Made by a program: the position numbers and the translations under genes. From positions 111,724,001 to 111,788,000 of the forward strand of contig NC_043003.1 of NCBI RefSeq assembly GCF_006345805.1: a stretch of DNA of 64,000 nt, given 5' to 3'. The stretch comes from Octopus sinensis. Lineage: Eukaryota. Numbering within the stretch: the first letter of the stretch is position 1; every line of letters starts with the position of its first letter. Below, in pieces: positions 28,280 through 41,200 of this stretch. The notes beneath the pieces are model-generated. The model did not search any database and had not been told where the DNA came from. It saw nothing but the letters and a program-made list of their open reading frames with translations.

Positions 28280-30020
28280 CACACACTCATATATAAATGT
28301 CTGTGTGTGTCTTTGTTATACATCACTCGGTAAAAACAATTTATCTGACGACCATCCACGAATTTACAATATACAAATGTGATGATCCATTACTTGGGAC
28401 TCTACTAAAATACTACTTTGAGTTTTTCACCAATCTAAATAATATTGTTAGCCTGATGTAACAACAGAGAACTTATGAAGTATTTTGCTCGGATTGATAG
28501 TCCCTCACTATTTTTCTCTCTCTCTGTCTCTATCTGTCTGTCTCTTTCTCTCTGTAAATATATATATATAATTATACATGCATGTGTTATCTATATGTAT
28601 ATATATATATATATATGTTTGTGTGTGTGTGTATGTCTTTGTGTGTGCGTGCGTGTGTCTATTGATACCTATGTGTATATATCTACTTACAGAGACACAC
28701 ACACCTATACCACTATTAGTCTTATTGTCAGTTTAAATTTTATATGATATATACTTTTCTTTTATTTCTTATACACAGTAAATTTGAAGCAAATTAAGCT
28801 ATAAATATAATTCATTTTTATTATTTACCTGCTTTTGCTCTTTCTGTAAAATGTATGAATTATTTTATCGTTCGCACCAAATAATTATTTAATAATAGTG
28901 CAAATATATGATGGATAAAACACATATACAAAAAAGTTAATAGCTTATAAGTGAAATGCGTGGAAGCACAGAAAGCAGCCGTTTTTAAATATATGCCTTA
29001 GAGACTAATTATTCTGCGTAAGAATAAAGAAACACACTTTTTAACCTGAAAGCACGCCTCTTTCTTCAAATATGCGTTAAGGATAAACTTGTCGAAGTAA
29101 ACTCCAATTAGAAGATTGCTGTAAAAATTATAGAAGGAAAACAAAAATTATAAAAAGTTAAAAGAAAAGAAAAGATACCATGCAGATGAATTAAAATAAC
29201 TTTATTTTGCACTATTATTTGACATGAATAATATTTTTTTAAAAATAAAGTAACAAAAAAAAATTATTTAAATCTGCAGCAGAATTGAATTGTCACGATT
29301 CTTGTGTTCTCTTCCAGTTCAAGAACATAACTCCGACAAGTTTTCCGTTTTTTCCTTGCGGTATACCTTTTATCATTATCCTTTTGAACAGCCTTTCAAT
29401 ATCATTATCATAGCCTTCTTTCTCCCACGGGTCCTTCTCTGACAGTTTCTCCTTAACATCATCATCATCATCATCATCATCGCTAACATCACCAGTTTCA
29501 GTAGCAGTCACAATTAGGCAATATCATCGTAATCATAATAATAATAACACGATGCATTAACGAGTAAAAATTTATGATGAAATCAGTTTCGTCTCGTTCA
29601 TTTCGGTATCGAATCCCGTTAATGTTAACTGTTGCGTTTCACTCTTCCAGGATTGAAAAATTAACGACACATCAACTTAATGGATTTAGTCGACTGCATT
29701 GTATATTTACCCCAAAGTAGAAGATTTCTGACTTTCTGACTAAAATAAGTAACAACAACAAGAGCAAAGCAAAATAATGATTTGAATTTATGGTATCAAC
29801 TTCTAGGGAGTAATTTACTCGATTACATCGGATCAGGTCTCAACTAGTACGTATTTCACTGCCCTCAGAAGATACAAAACTGAATGCAGCTGAATTTCAC
29901 GTAAACACACCAACATCGGTTGTCATGCGATGGTGGGGGACCAACAAAGACACACAAACACACACACGCACACACACACATACATACATACATACATACA
30001 TACATACATACATACATACA

Positions 30021-30054
<34 letters not shown>

Positions 30055-30055
30055 C

Positions 30056-30430
30056 ACTACCGTCAGAAATTAATTAGCACCCTTGATTTGCTCTTCACTC
30101 AAGGTATGTGCTGTCACCTAGTGGCCATATCTCGAACTATTGCTTTGTTGCGAGTTCACGGTTGCGCAGAACGATGACGTAACTTTGTTTGCAGAGCAGT
30201 TTGAGAGTCTAATGCCTTATGATGTTGACATAGCAGTGCAACAACTTGGAGTGCGGATGCAGACAAATCTTCCTTTGTTTAATAGATATAGGTAGCGCCT
30301 CGCAAGGACCGAAATCACACCATACTAAGTTTTCTCATCGCGTAAGACGTTTTGAACAGCTCATAGGTTAATTGATTTAACCTATTTAATGTAGAAATTT
30401 GAGAAGTGTTAATTAATTTCTGACGCAAGT
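30056..30430 (+). mobile_element. 5' fragment of a Tc1-like element
   Basis: TIR-like cactaccgtcagaaattaattagcacccttg follows a TA. Downstream are HTH-like remnants (IAVQQLGV; RKGRPK-like) with deletions. Confidence 0.4.
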
Positions 30431-30449
30431 GTATATATATATATATATA

Positions 30450-31226
30450 TTAGCAATTAAGGACAACTACTTAATAGGAAAAATTAACAAGAAATTGTCA
30501 GGTAGATAGCGTAAAAACCTCATAAGAGAAAAATTCGAAAATAATTATTTCTTATTGAACATATTAATTTATTATAGAGGGCATTATATACATGCCAGGA
30601 GGCATTGTATATACATGCCAAAGCTTAAGAGGGACAATCAGTCATTTCTACCAAAAATATTACTAATCCCACCGAAGCAATTTTTCAAAGTAAGACATTT
30701 AAAAATATAGCCCTGTATAACAATGCCTCCTGGCATGTATGTATAATGCCCTCTATATAAATTAATATGTTCAATAAGAAATAATTATTTTCGAAATTTT
30801 TTTCTTATGAGGTTTTTACGCTATCTACCTGAAATTTCTTGTTAAGTTTCCTTATTAAGTAGTGTCCTTAATGCTAAATTTATTCCGAAAAACTTTTCCT
30901 CTCCCGAAATGCAATTTCGTAAAAGTTTACCATTACCCGGATGTAATATATATAAACTCACCATGTGCTTCGTTGATGTGATCAGTTAGCTGATGGCTTA
31001 AGCGAGGCAGGTCGTTGTTTATTTATAATACATTCAGGCCTGCTGATGATTACGTAAGTATGAAATCACTGTGATACAGGTCTATATTTTTAAATGTCTT
31101 ACTTGAAAAATTGCATTCGGTGGGATTAGTAATATTTTTGGTAGAAATGACTGATGTCCCTCTTAGTGTTGGCATGTATATACAATGCCTCCTGGCATGT
31201 ATGTATAATGCCTCTATATTAAATTT
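30450..31226 (+). mobile_element. Non-coding hammerhead-bearing retroelement (retrozyme/mini-PLE-like): inverted 266-bp segment plus ~1.1 direct units of ~462 bp
   Basis: 30450-30610 is the reverse complement of 30716-30877, and 30570-30715 is the reverse complement of 31077-31225. The motif caatgcctcctggcatg recurs at 30721 and 31183. Flanked by (TA)n on both sides. Confidence 0.8.
31036..31083 (+). ncRNA. Type I hammerhead ribozyme, canonical core
   Basis: aggcctg-CTGATGA-t-tac-gtaa-gta-t-GAAA-tcac-t-gtga-TA-caggtct. It has a 7-bp stem I (one G.U), a 3-bp stem II closed by a U.U mismatch and a near-palindromic stem III. Predicted cleavage is after A31076. Confidence 0.85.
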
Positions 31227-31738
31227 ATATATATATATATACATGCATGCATACGAAGGGCTTCTTTCATTTTCTATCTCCCAAATCCACTCACAATGCT
31301 CGAGGCTACAGCAGAAGGCACATGCCCAAGGTTTATATATATATATAAGGAAAAAAAATTAAATTTCAGGAAACTTTTTAAAGTATTTAAAAGTATTTAA
31401 TACTTAACACGTTTTATTACCTGATCTTAACAATTTCTTGACTCATTACAGGGGATTCACAAAGCCTCGCATTTTTTATTATCAATATCAAAGACTGCCT
31501 CACTTGATTTTAATACATTTATATAAATTAATTTCTCACACCACAGAGAATACATAAATCTTCATACTTTACTTGAAATTATTTTCGAATAAGTGAAAAA
31601 GGCTTAGTTAGTGAATACTTTTAAAAGACCCCTGCGTTTTCAGATTCCTTTCCTATTTAGTTTTACTAGTGTGTATACTCTACCTTTACCTCGTGTGTGT
31701 GTGTATGTGTGTTTGTGTGTGGTATGTATGCATGGAAG

Positions 31739-31773
<35 letters not shown>

Positions 31774-32779
31774 TATATGTATATTGTATATTTATATATT
31801 TGTATGTATATAAATAGATAGATAACTAGATAGATATTGCTTATGTCAAACACGGAAGGGATTGCTTTGCGCTTGATGATCTTAATTATAATGGATAACG
31901 TTTCTGTATAGCATAATGTTAGATTCTGATATTAAGGGGAAAGTCAAAGCCTCCGTAAAAAGATAGCTGTTGTGTATATGGATCCCAGTGTTCAAGTCAT
32001 ATTTCAATTACAGATCAAGGAACAAAGGACAATGAAATAAACCGAAGCAACTGCATACGCATATCGTTTTGCCAGTCCCACTTGTTACCAAAATAGAATA
32101 TACTTATATCATTTGCAGACAACATAGAAATGGTAACCTAGTATAGCCTCGTTAACGTTGATGTTACCGAAATAAATGCATTGGTACAAAAATAGGGAGA
32201 GCACAATTTGTACTATGAAACGGGAAAATGTATCCTTGTAACGTCTTTGTATAGAAATGCTTGCAAAGATAGAATTTCTGATAAGATTTAATTCAATGGT
32301 AAGTTTATCTCTATTAACGCACAAAACAGCATAACAGATATGTGACATTTAAGAAAATGTTGCAAGTTTTGTGTAACTATCTAAACAATTTTTAAGATGG
32401 CGTTGAAAAAGAAAAACATTTAGCATTTTACTCATAAATACTCTAGATTTTGAAGATTTTATCTCGTTCAGCACTGCATAATCTTTTTATAAAACAATGC
32501 ACAAAATCGCGTACATAATTACACAAAGACGCTGCAATTATCAGCGATAATCTCTAATTCTGAATTAAAAAGAATTAATTTGAATGTATATTCCAACGTA
32601 TAAACGTATACCTATATATGAGTGTGTGTATTCATTTATTCTATTCTTTTATACGTTTTAACCCCGCAGCAACGGTCATGCTCGAGTATCACCGTGATCT
32701 TCCTGATTTCCTCAAACTGGAAGTTTTTACATCACCACTATTGTATGTGCTTTGTTCCAGTTGTTTACCCATTTAATGT

Positions 32780-33930
32780 ATAAGGGAGTTTTCATTCTGC
32801 TGCAGTCGTCTGTATCTCATGTTGAGCCGTTGGCTGATCCAGTACTAAGGAAAGGAGGGTGTCTATTTCCTTTCTGAATACACCTTAGTCCACATTATGT
32901 AGATTTCTTAATTTTTATGACAGGGCATCGAAGAACTGGAGGCCTTTGAAGCCTAGGCTATTATACCAAGTTTTGAATTTAGATGGAGTGGAAAGTACCT
33001 TTGTTACAATCCAGTGACGTCGATATCTGGCATCTGTATAAGATCCGATGCTGAAATTGGGTGCTAGAACTTCTAGAGTTTTCCATATGTAGAATATTAT
33101 CAATGTCGCAGGTTTTTCAGCCGATTCCTGTCGCTCATCCGCTGCAATTTTTCCATCATTTAAGTGGAGTGGTGTTCTACTACCTCTAACTCCGCTGTTA
33201 GTTTGGCTATATGTGGTGACCACAGTTGAGAGCAGTAGCCGAGGTAGCTGAGAACAAAGGTTTTCCACAAGGTTAACATAACTCCTTGGATTCTTGTCTT
33301 GAAGAGTTGTTTGCACTTTGCTGCCATTTTGATAATGTGCATATAACATGATGTATCAATGCACATAATGATCCCCAAGTCTTTCACTATCTGTGTGATT
33401 GCAGTGATTCGGGTCCTGTATATGCAAGCCACGGTCGGTTCCTTCGTAGGTGGATAACGCAGAGCTTGAAATTCTCCAGCATTAAATTGGATACTGCTTA
33501 CTTCATCCCACTTGTGTATTAAATTGAGGTCCCCCTGTAAGCTTGCAACGTCATCTGGGATTTTTCTTGCCTGTGTTAATTTTTTGGCTAGTAACAGATG
33601 ATGTGCGTGTGACCATGAGAATGTCCCTAGTATTTGGGTTGCGTCGACAATGGCATCATCGATTGCAACTGCCTGACATTTGTCTTTACAGAAGTCATAC
33701 AACCCTTCTCCCAGTTCACCATCAATGCTGAGTTTACCATTCTCCAAGTTTACCATTCTCACAGTTTACCATTCTCCCAGTTTACCATATGGCAGCGTAT
33801 GACATATCATGCCATAATCTATCTTATGAAATGTCTTTACACAATCAAGGTATATCACACTGGGACCTGAATGGTAAGCTGTTGTTTCAGGACCAAGTCA
33901 TAGTGTTGTAAAAGCCGTGTGAGGTATCTT
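32780..33930 (-). mobile_element. Degraded CR1/L2-group LINE, RT C-terminus and 3' end
   Basis: ORFs 33160-33762 and 32915-33349 give LQGDLNLIHKW, KDLGI, LWKTFVLSYLGYCSQLWSPH and YNSLGFKGLQFFDAL. Confidence 0.85.
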
Positions 33931-33961
33931 CTTCCTCGACGGAAGCCACTAAGAGTGTGTA

Positions 33962-34005
<44 letters not shown>

Positions 34006-34121
34006 ACTATATAGGTTCTAAACTAACTTGCTATATTTTAAACTTTCACCAGTTGCTGCAACTAACTTCAACATGGTAGAGATGAAAGATAGTCATATGA
34101 ATGCATGGATATGAATGTATG

Positions 34122-34152
<31 letters not shown>

Positions 34153-34243
34153 GCACACATAAGTGTGTATAGATATATATTCATATATATATATATATAT
34201 ATGTTTGTGTGTGTGTGTGTGTATATATATATATGTAGATATG

Positions 34244-34310
<67 letters not shown>

Positions 34311-35136
34311 CATACATACATATATACATGCATACATACACATACACAAACACAAATATATACATATGAAATATATATGCGTATGTGTGTGTATGGTGGG
34401 GGTGAGTGTAGTATGAGATCATATTTTTTAAGCAGACTTTCCACTTTCTTATCTATTGCGACAGTCTCACAAATTAGGTAAATATTTCAAACAAAATCCG
34501 ATAGAGTAATAGCATAACTTGTGAATGATTTACTATTCATCATGTGTTTAATGATAGATTAAATTAATTATTCACTCGTACATAATTAAATAATTCGTAT
34601 CGATACATTGTTATGGAGATAATTTTCAATATATGGATTATCAGTCTCAGACACTAGAAATTAATTTAACTTTGAATTTGCACTCAATAATGAAACTTAT
34701 ATATTTTATTTAATATAGATATTACAAGTTTTCTAATGTGTAACAGTTTGTACCTTGTTATGACAATCAACTTCAGATCGAGACTAAACACAGCAACGTT
34801 TTCGTTAACTCTGAAATCCCATTGGCCCGGAAGATGACGTTGTGTAGATGAAAATCAGCAGTCGACATGCATATCTACGATCATTTTCTGAATACACACA
34901 CGCGCACACACAAAAACGCGCACGCACACACACACACATATGTGTGTGTGTGTGTATTTATAAAATGATCATAGATTTTCAGCTACACGTCAACGAGATC
35001 TTCCGAGCCAATGGACTTTCAGAGTTAACGAAAATGTTGCTGCTGTCTAGTATTGATATGAAGTTGATTGCCATAACCAAGCACAGACTGTTACACATTA
35101 GATAACTTGTACTGTCTATATTATATAAAATATATA

Positions 35137-35340
35137 TTAGGTTGGTGCATACTTATTGCAGGTGTTTTTTTCAATAAATTTTATTCAACAAAATATAAAC
35201 AAAATACCAAGCAGAAATTGAAGTAGATGGTGAATATGCACCGGAATAATCATTTTAAAATGCTTTAGTTGAATGTTGTTATTGTTTTTGTTGACTAGAA
35301 TTCATTGAAAAAAAGCCGCAATAATTATGCACCAACCTAA
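35137..35340. mobile_element. Mariner-derived MITE (204 bp) with TA target-site duplication
   Basis: TIRs ttaggttggtgcatacttattgc / gcaataattatgcaccaacctaa (Hsmar1/MADE1-type ends) with TA on both sides. It cleanly interrupts one arm of an inverted repeat. Confidence 0.9.
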
Positions 35341-35439
35341 TAAGATTCAATATTGAGTGCAAAATCAAAGTAAAAACAATTTCTAGCATCCGAGACTGAT
35401 AATCCATATATATGTATGTGTGTATGTGTGTGTGTGTGA

Positions 35440-36196
35440 ATGTTTGTTTATGTGTGTGTATGTGTGTGTGTATGGTTGATGTCTACGCCTTATGTATTGT
35501 TTGAAACTTGCTGTACATACATCTTAGCATCTGATGTAGCTTTTCAAACCAGAGAATGTTCTAAAAAAACACCTACACAGATTGGACACCCGATTAGGAC
35601 TACGAAGAACTGCAAATGATTTCTGATCTATGTGAAACTTAAAATGTCTTTTGAGGCCTGCGTTGCATTTGCAAACCTTCTGACATACACCGCATTCAAG
35701 GGGGTGCAGAGACGTATGTGCAGAATAGTTGGTGGAGGTTCGTTTTCCGTGGGTTCGCAGACGATATTTGAGCCCAGCAAAAGGCAGGCATGGTCTGTCA
35801 CAGACTGGCACACAAAGCTGTCATTGTCATTCACCTTCTCGATCATTACATTCTTCCTTAGATCTCTTTTGAGTCTTACATGCGTTATCCTAGCCTCTTA
35901 AATGGCTTCCACTCCACTCCACACATTTGTTCGCCATCCAACGCGATCCGAAGCAAGGGTTTCTATGTCTTCTGGACCATTCAAGGTGACTGCATAGTAG
36001 ACCTTACGCCGTCCTTAATAATTTTTTAGGTTTACATCGATAGTGTTTCACTTCTGCAAGTGCAACATAAAATTGCTGTTTCGGCATATGTTCATCAACC
36101 ATTCGAAAAATATGGCCAAACCATCGCATTTGGTTCCTGAAAATCATAGCTTTAATTGAAGTGATGCCTGCAGAAGTAAGACCATCTGTGTTTGGT
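35440..36196 (-). mobile_element. 3' end of an RTE-clade LINE with three C-terminal C2H2 zinc-finger remnants
   Basis: Minus strand: PNTDGLTSAGITSIKAMIFRNQMRWFGHIFRMVDEHMPKQ, then ORF 35524-35811 with PVCDRPC..AGLKYRLRTH, CGVCQKVCKCNAGLKRHFKFH and LCRCFFRTFSGLKSYIR. A microsatellite lies at the 3' tail. Confidence 0.85.
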
Positions 36197-36835
36197 CATA
36201 TTGGGAGATTTCAATGCATGGGTTGGAAAGGAATATGTTTCATGACATAGCTCTCTTGACATTTTGTACTGAGAATATTATAAACCACCTGGATGCACCC
36301 AAGTTCTAAACACCGGCATCACATAGATTATATGTGATATGAAAGACATTTCTAGCTTTCAGGCCATGAGAGGGGCAGAGAGCTGGACAGACCATCATCT
36401 AGTACGTTGAAAAATAGATTTTTCGATAATGCTTAAAAATCGACATTCTGGTCCTAAGCTACCCAAAAAGTTTTTATGTTGCTAACTTTAAATTATCATA
36501 CAACTTGCAAAGATTACACGATGCCAAAGAAACTATCAATCTTGACACAAACAATGTATGGGAAGATTTAAAAACAAAAGTATTTCAGGCTGCAAGTTCG
36601 TCAGTAGGATTTAAATCATATAAGTCCAGTGTCGGGTTCTCAGCTAGATCAGCAGAAATTCATGATCTACTTTAGAAAAACTAAACCTAGGCAAAACAAT
36701 TCTTTCTCAGTTCTTGAATCCCAACTCAAACGAAACTTACAGAAAGCTGAAAAGGAAATTGCAGACTGCTTTGATGAAAATTAAACAGGAATGGTGGAAT
36801 GAAAGCTCCAGCGACAGTGAGACAGCGAATCGAAG
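36196..36835 (+). mobile_element. RTE-clade LINE APE-endonuclease/linker fragment, inverted relative to the adjacent 3' piece
   Basis: ILGDFNAWVGK (~36198), TWMHPSSKHRHHIDY (~36287) and YRKLKRKLQTALMKIKQEWWNE (ORF 36714). Confidence 0.85.
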
Positions 36836-37028
36836 TTTGCTTCTTCATAAGGTGGGTAGAACACACATACACACATGTATATATATAATTATATATATTA
36901 TAATAGGATAGGAGAGGATAGTGTTACACAATGCACCTGTTTTGGCTGGAAATAGCAGATGATAATATAAGATGCTATAGTAAAGCTTCACTCTATACAC
37001 ACACACACATATATATATGTATATATAT

Positions 37029-37076
<48 letters not shown>

Positions 37077-37077
<1 letters not shown>

Positions 37078-37298
37078 GACAAAGACGTTTGGGGGCGGCG
37101 AACATATAACGTTTCATTTACATGTAATTTTGTCTAGGCGAATTTAGCCGAAGTGAACAAATAAAATTTACGTTAGCAATCGGAGTTTGAAAGTTCGAAA
37201 TATCTCCTAGATTATCTGCAACTGTGTTGTACATTTATTTAATGTTCTTGCTACAGATAAGATAGAAATTCTGTTTTTCGCCCGCAAACGTCTTTGCC
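37077..37298. mobile_element. Short element with ~40-bp imperfect terminal inverted repeats, inserted in (TA)n
   Basis: caaagacgtttgggggcg at the left end and cgcccgcaaacgtctttg at the right end; long (TA)n tracts on both sides. Confidence 0.6.
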
Positions 37299-37302
37299 AA
37301 TG

Positions 37303-37389
<87 letters not shown>

Positions 37390-38201
37390 AAACTTTACTA
37401 TAAGTTCATATATCATCGTTGCTATTTCCAGTAAAATTGGTGCATTGTTGTACCATTATCATACATTTATACTTTAACCTGATGGTGTTTTGTTTTACTG
37501 CAGCAATATATGATGATTACATTATGAATATTTTTCTTCGAGAAATATATATATATCTGTGTGTGTGTATATATATATATACATGTATACATATATATAA
37601 GTATATAGGTATACATGCACACCTATATGCATACATACATACACACATACATATATACATGCATACATACATACATACATGCGTACATGCATATATACAT
37701 CAACTCAGTGGCCAGTGGAAGGAAGGATAATTACGTTTGTCGCTGTGCTGTTGTAAATCCATCTTGGCTGACATATCTGTCGTATTTGAAATCTGTTGTG
37801 AAATTTGTGGAACATATCCTTGCACGAAACACCATTCAGATTTACTGCCAAGGCTTATGAAGTCAATCAACAGCAATAATACGTTAGTGTACTGCGCCCA
37901 CAAAGCTTCAGCTGTTAAAACCAATGAATCTAAACCCCAGCACAAAGATTCAACTTCTTAGCCGCTATGATAGAAGTGTAAATGGTCATAATTTTTTAGC
38001 GAATTCTTTCTCAAAGCATTCTTTTCTATTCCTGTTGCCATGATAAATACTCCATTCATTCGTTTACGCCGGCATATTTAGATTCAGAAAAGCAGTACAG
38101 AATATCAGTCAAACCAACATGTCCGAAAATTTATGCTAATAAATTTCTTCTTAACGTTGTTTTTACATGTCTTCATGTAAAGGTCAGTTCAGTTCATTGT
38201 G

Positions 38202-41200
38202 AATTTAACCGAGTAACATTGGGTTAGCATAAATTTAACCTGGTAAAATTACGTAAGCATAAATTTAACCTGGTAACATTGGGTTAGTATAGATTTAACC
38301 TGGTAACATTGGGTTAGTAAAAATTTAATCTGGAAACATTGGGTTTGTATAAATTTAACCTGGTAACATTGGGTTAGTATAGATTTAACCTGGTAACATT
38401 GGGTTAGTATAAATTTAATCTGGAAACATTGGGTTAGTATAGATTTAACCTGGTAACATTGGGTTAGTATAAATTTAATCTGGAAACATTGGGTTAGTAT
38501 AAATTTAATCTGGAAACATTGGGTTAGCATAAATTTAATCTGGAAACATTACGTTAGTATAGATTTAACCTGGTAACATTGGGGTAGTATAAATTTAATC
38601 TGGAAAATTTGGGTTAGTATAGATTTAACCTGGTAACATTGGGTTAGTATAAATTTAATCTGGAAACATTGGGTTAGTATAATTTAATCTGGTAACATTA
38701 GGTTAGTATAAATTTAATCTGGAAACATTGGGTTAGTATAATTTAATCTGGAACATTGGGTTAGCATAAATTTAATATGGAAACATTGGGTTAGTATAGA
38801 TTTAACCTGGTAACATTGGGTTAGTATAAATTTAATCTGGAAACATTGGGTTAGTATAGATTTAACCTGGTAACATTGGGTTAGTTTAAATTTAATCTGG
38901 AAACATTGGGTTAGTATAAATTTAATCTGGAAACATTGGGTTAGCATAAATTTAATCTGGAAACATTGGGTTAGCATAAATTTAACCTGGTAACATTGGG
39001 TTAGTATAAATTTAATCTGGAAACATTGGGTTAGTATAAATTTAATCTGGAAACATTGGGTTAGCATAAATTTAATCTGGAAACATTGGGTTAGCATAAT
39101 TTAACCTGGTAACATTGGGTTAGTTATAAATTTAATCTGGAAACATTGGGTTAGCATAGATTTAACCTGGTAACATTGGGTTAGTATAAATTTAATCTGG
39201 AAACATTGGGTTAGCTAAATTTAATCTGGAAACATTGGGTTAGCATAATTTAAACCTGGTAACATTGGGTTAGCATAAATTTAATCTGGAAACATTGGGT
39301 TAGTATAATTTAATCTGGAAACATTGGGTTAGTATAATTTAATCTGGAAACATTGGGTTAGTATAGATTTAACCTGGTAACATTGGGTTAGTATAAATTT
39401 AATCTGGAAACATTGGGTTAGCATAAATTTACCTGGTAACATTGGGTTAGTATAAATTTAATCCTGGAAACATTGGGTTAGTATAAATCTAATCTGGAAA
39501 AACATTGGGTTAGTATAAATTTAATCTGGAAACATTGTGTTAGCATAATTTAAACTGGGTAAAAAACCTGGTAACATTGGGTTAGTATAATTTAATCTGG
39601 AAACATTGGGTTAGTATAGATTTAACCTGGTAACATTGGGTTAGTATAAATTTAATCTGGAAACATTGGGTTAGTATAAATTTAATCTGGAAACATTGGG
39701 TTAGCATAAATTTAATCTGGAAACATTGGGTTAGCATAAATTTAACCTGGTAACATTGGGTTAGCATAAATTTAATCTGGAAACATTGGGTTAGTATAAA
39801 TTTAATCTGGAAACATTGGGTTAGCATAAATTTAATCTGGAAACATTGGGTTAGCATAGATTTAACCTGGTAACATTGGGTTAGTATAAATTTAATCTGG
39901 AAACATTGGTTAGTAGGTTAGTATAGATTTAACCTTGTAACATTGGGTTAGTATAAATTTAATCTGGAAACATTGGGTTAGTATAATTTAACCTGGTAAC
40001 ATTGGGTTAGTATAAATTTAATCTGGAAACATTGGGTTAGCATAATTTAACCTGGTAACTGGGTTAGTATAAATTTAATCTGGAAACATTGGGTTAGTAT
40101 AGATTTAACCTGGTAACATTGGGTTAGTATAAATTTAATCTGGAAACATTGGGTTAGTATAAATTTAACCTGGTAACATTGGTTAGTAAGATTTAATCTG
40201 GTAACATTGGGTTAGTATAAATTTAATCTGGAAACATTGGGTTAGTATAAATTTAATCTGGAAACATTGGGTAGGGTATACATTTAATCTGGAAACATTG
40301 GGTTAGTATAAATTTAATCTGGAACATTGGGTTAGCATAAATTTAATCTGAAAACATTGGGTTAGTATAAATTTAACCTGTTAACATTGGGTTAGTATAA
40401 ATTTAATCTGGAAACATTTGGTTAGTATTAATTTAATCTGGAAACATTGGGTTAGCATAAATTTAATCTGGAAACATTGGGTTAGCATAAATTTAACCTG
40501 GTAACATTGGGTTAGCATAAATTTAATCTGGAAACATTGGGTTAGCATAAATTTAACCTGGTAACATTGGGTTAGCATAAATTTAAACTGGAAACATTGG
40601 GTTAGTATAAATTTAATCTGGAAACATTGGGTTAGCATAAATTTAATCTGGAAACATTGGGTTAGCATAGATTTAACCTGGTAACATTGGGTTAGTATAA
40701 ATTTAATCTGGAAACATTGGGTTAGTATAGATTTAACCTGGTAACATTGGGTTAGTATAAATTTAATCTGGAAACATTGGGTTAGTATAAATTTAACCTG
40801 GTAACATTGGGTTAGTATAAATTTAATCTGAAAACATTGGGTTAGCATAAATTTAACCTGGTAACATTGGGTTAGTATAAATTTAATCTGGAAACATTGG
40901 GTTAGTATAGATTTAACCTGGTAACATTGGGTTAGTATAAATTTAATCTGGAAACATTGGGTTAGTATAAATTTAACCTGTTAACATTGGGTTAGTATAA
41001 ATTTAATCTGGAAACATTGGGTTAGTATAGATTTAACCTGGTAACATTAGGTAGGGTATACCTTTAATCTGGAAACATTGGGTTAGTATAAATTTAATCT
41101 GGAAACATTGGGTTAGCATAAATTTAATCTGGAAACATTGGGTTAGTATAAATTTAACCTGGTAACATTGGGTTAGTATAAATTTAATCTGGAAACATTG

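Noticed and set aside
29293-29511. 72-aa acidic ORF as a host exon
   Set aside because: The poly-D stretch derives from a (CAT)n repeat; no recognisable domain or convincing splice sites.
30988-31016. Second hammerhead (ctgatg-gc-ttaa-gc-gagg-cag-gtc) upstream of the main one
   Set aside because: It lacks A9, has GAGG instead of GAAA and has no stem I; it cannot be distinguished from chance.
31345-31640. Another element with inverted ends
   Set aside because: The arm similarity is short and AT-rich and could not be aligned convincingly by eye.
33730-33790. 16-bp tandem repeat (agtttaccattctcc-like) as a regulatory array
   Set aside because: It is a local slippage duplication within a dead CR1-like LINE.
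37700-37980. Overlapping short ORFs with an RICSTNF segment reminiscent of a THAP domain
   Set aside because: The remaining THAP residues are absent and the similarity is too short.
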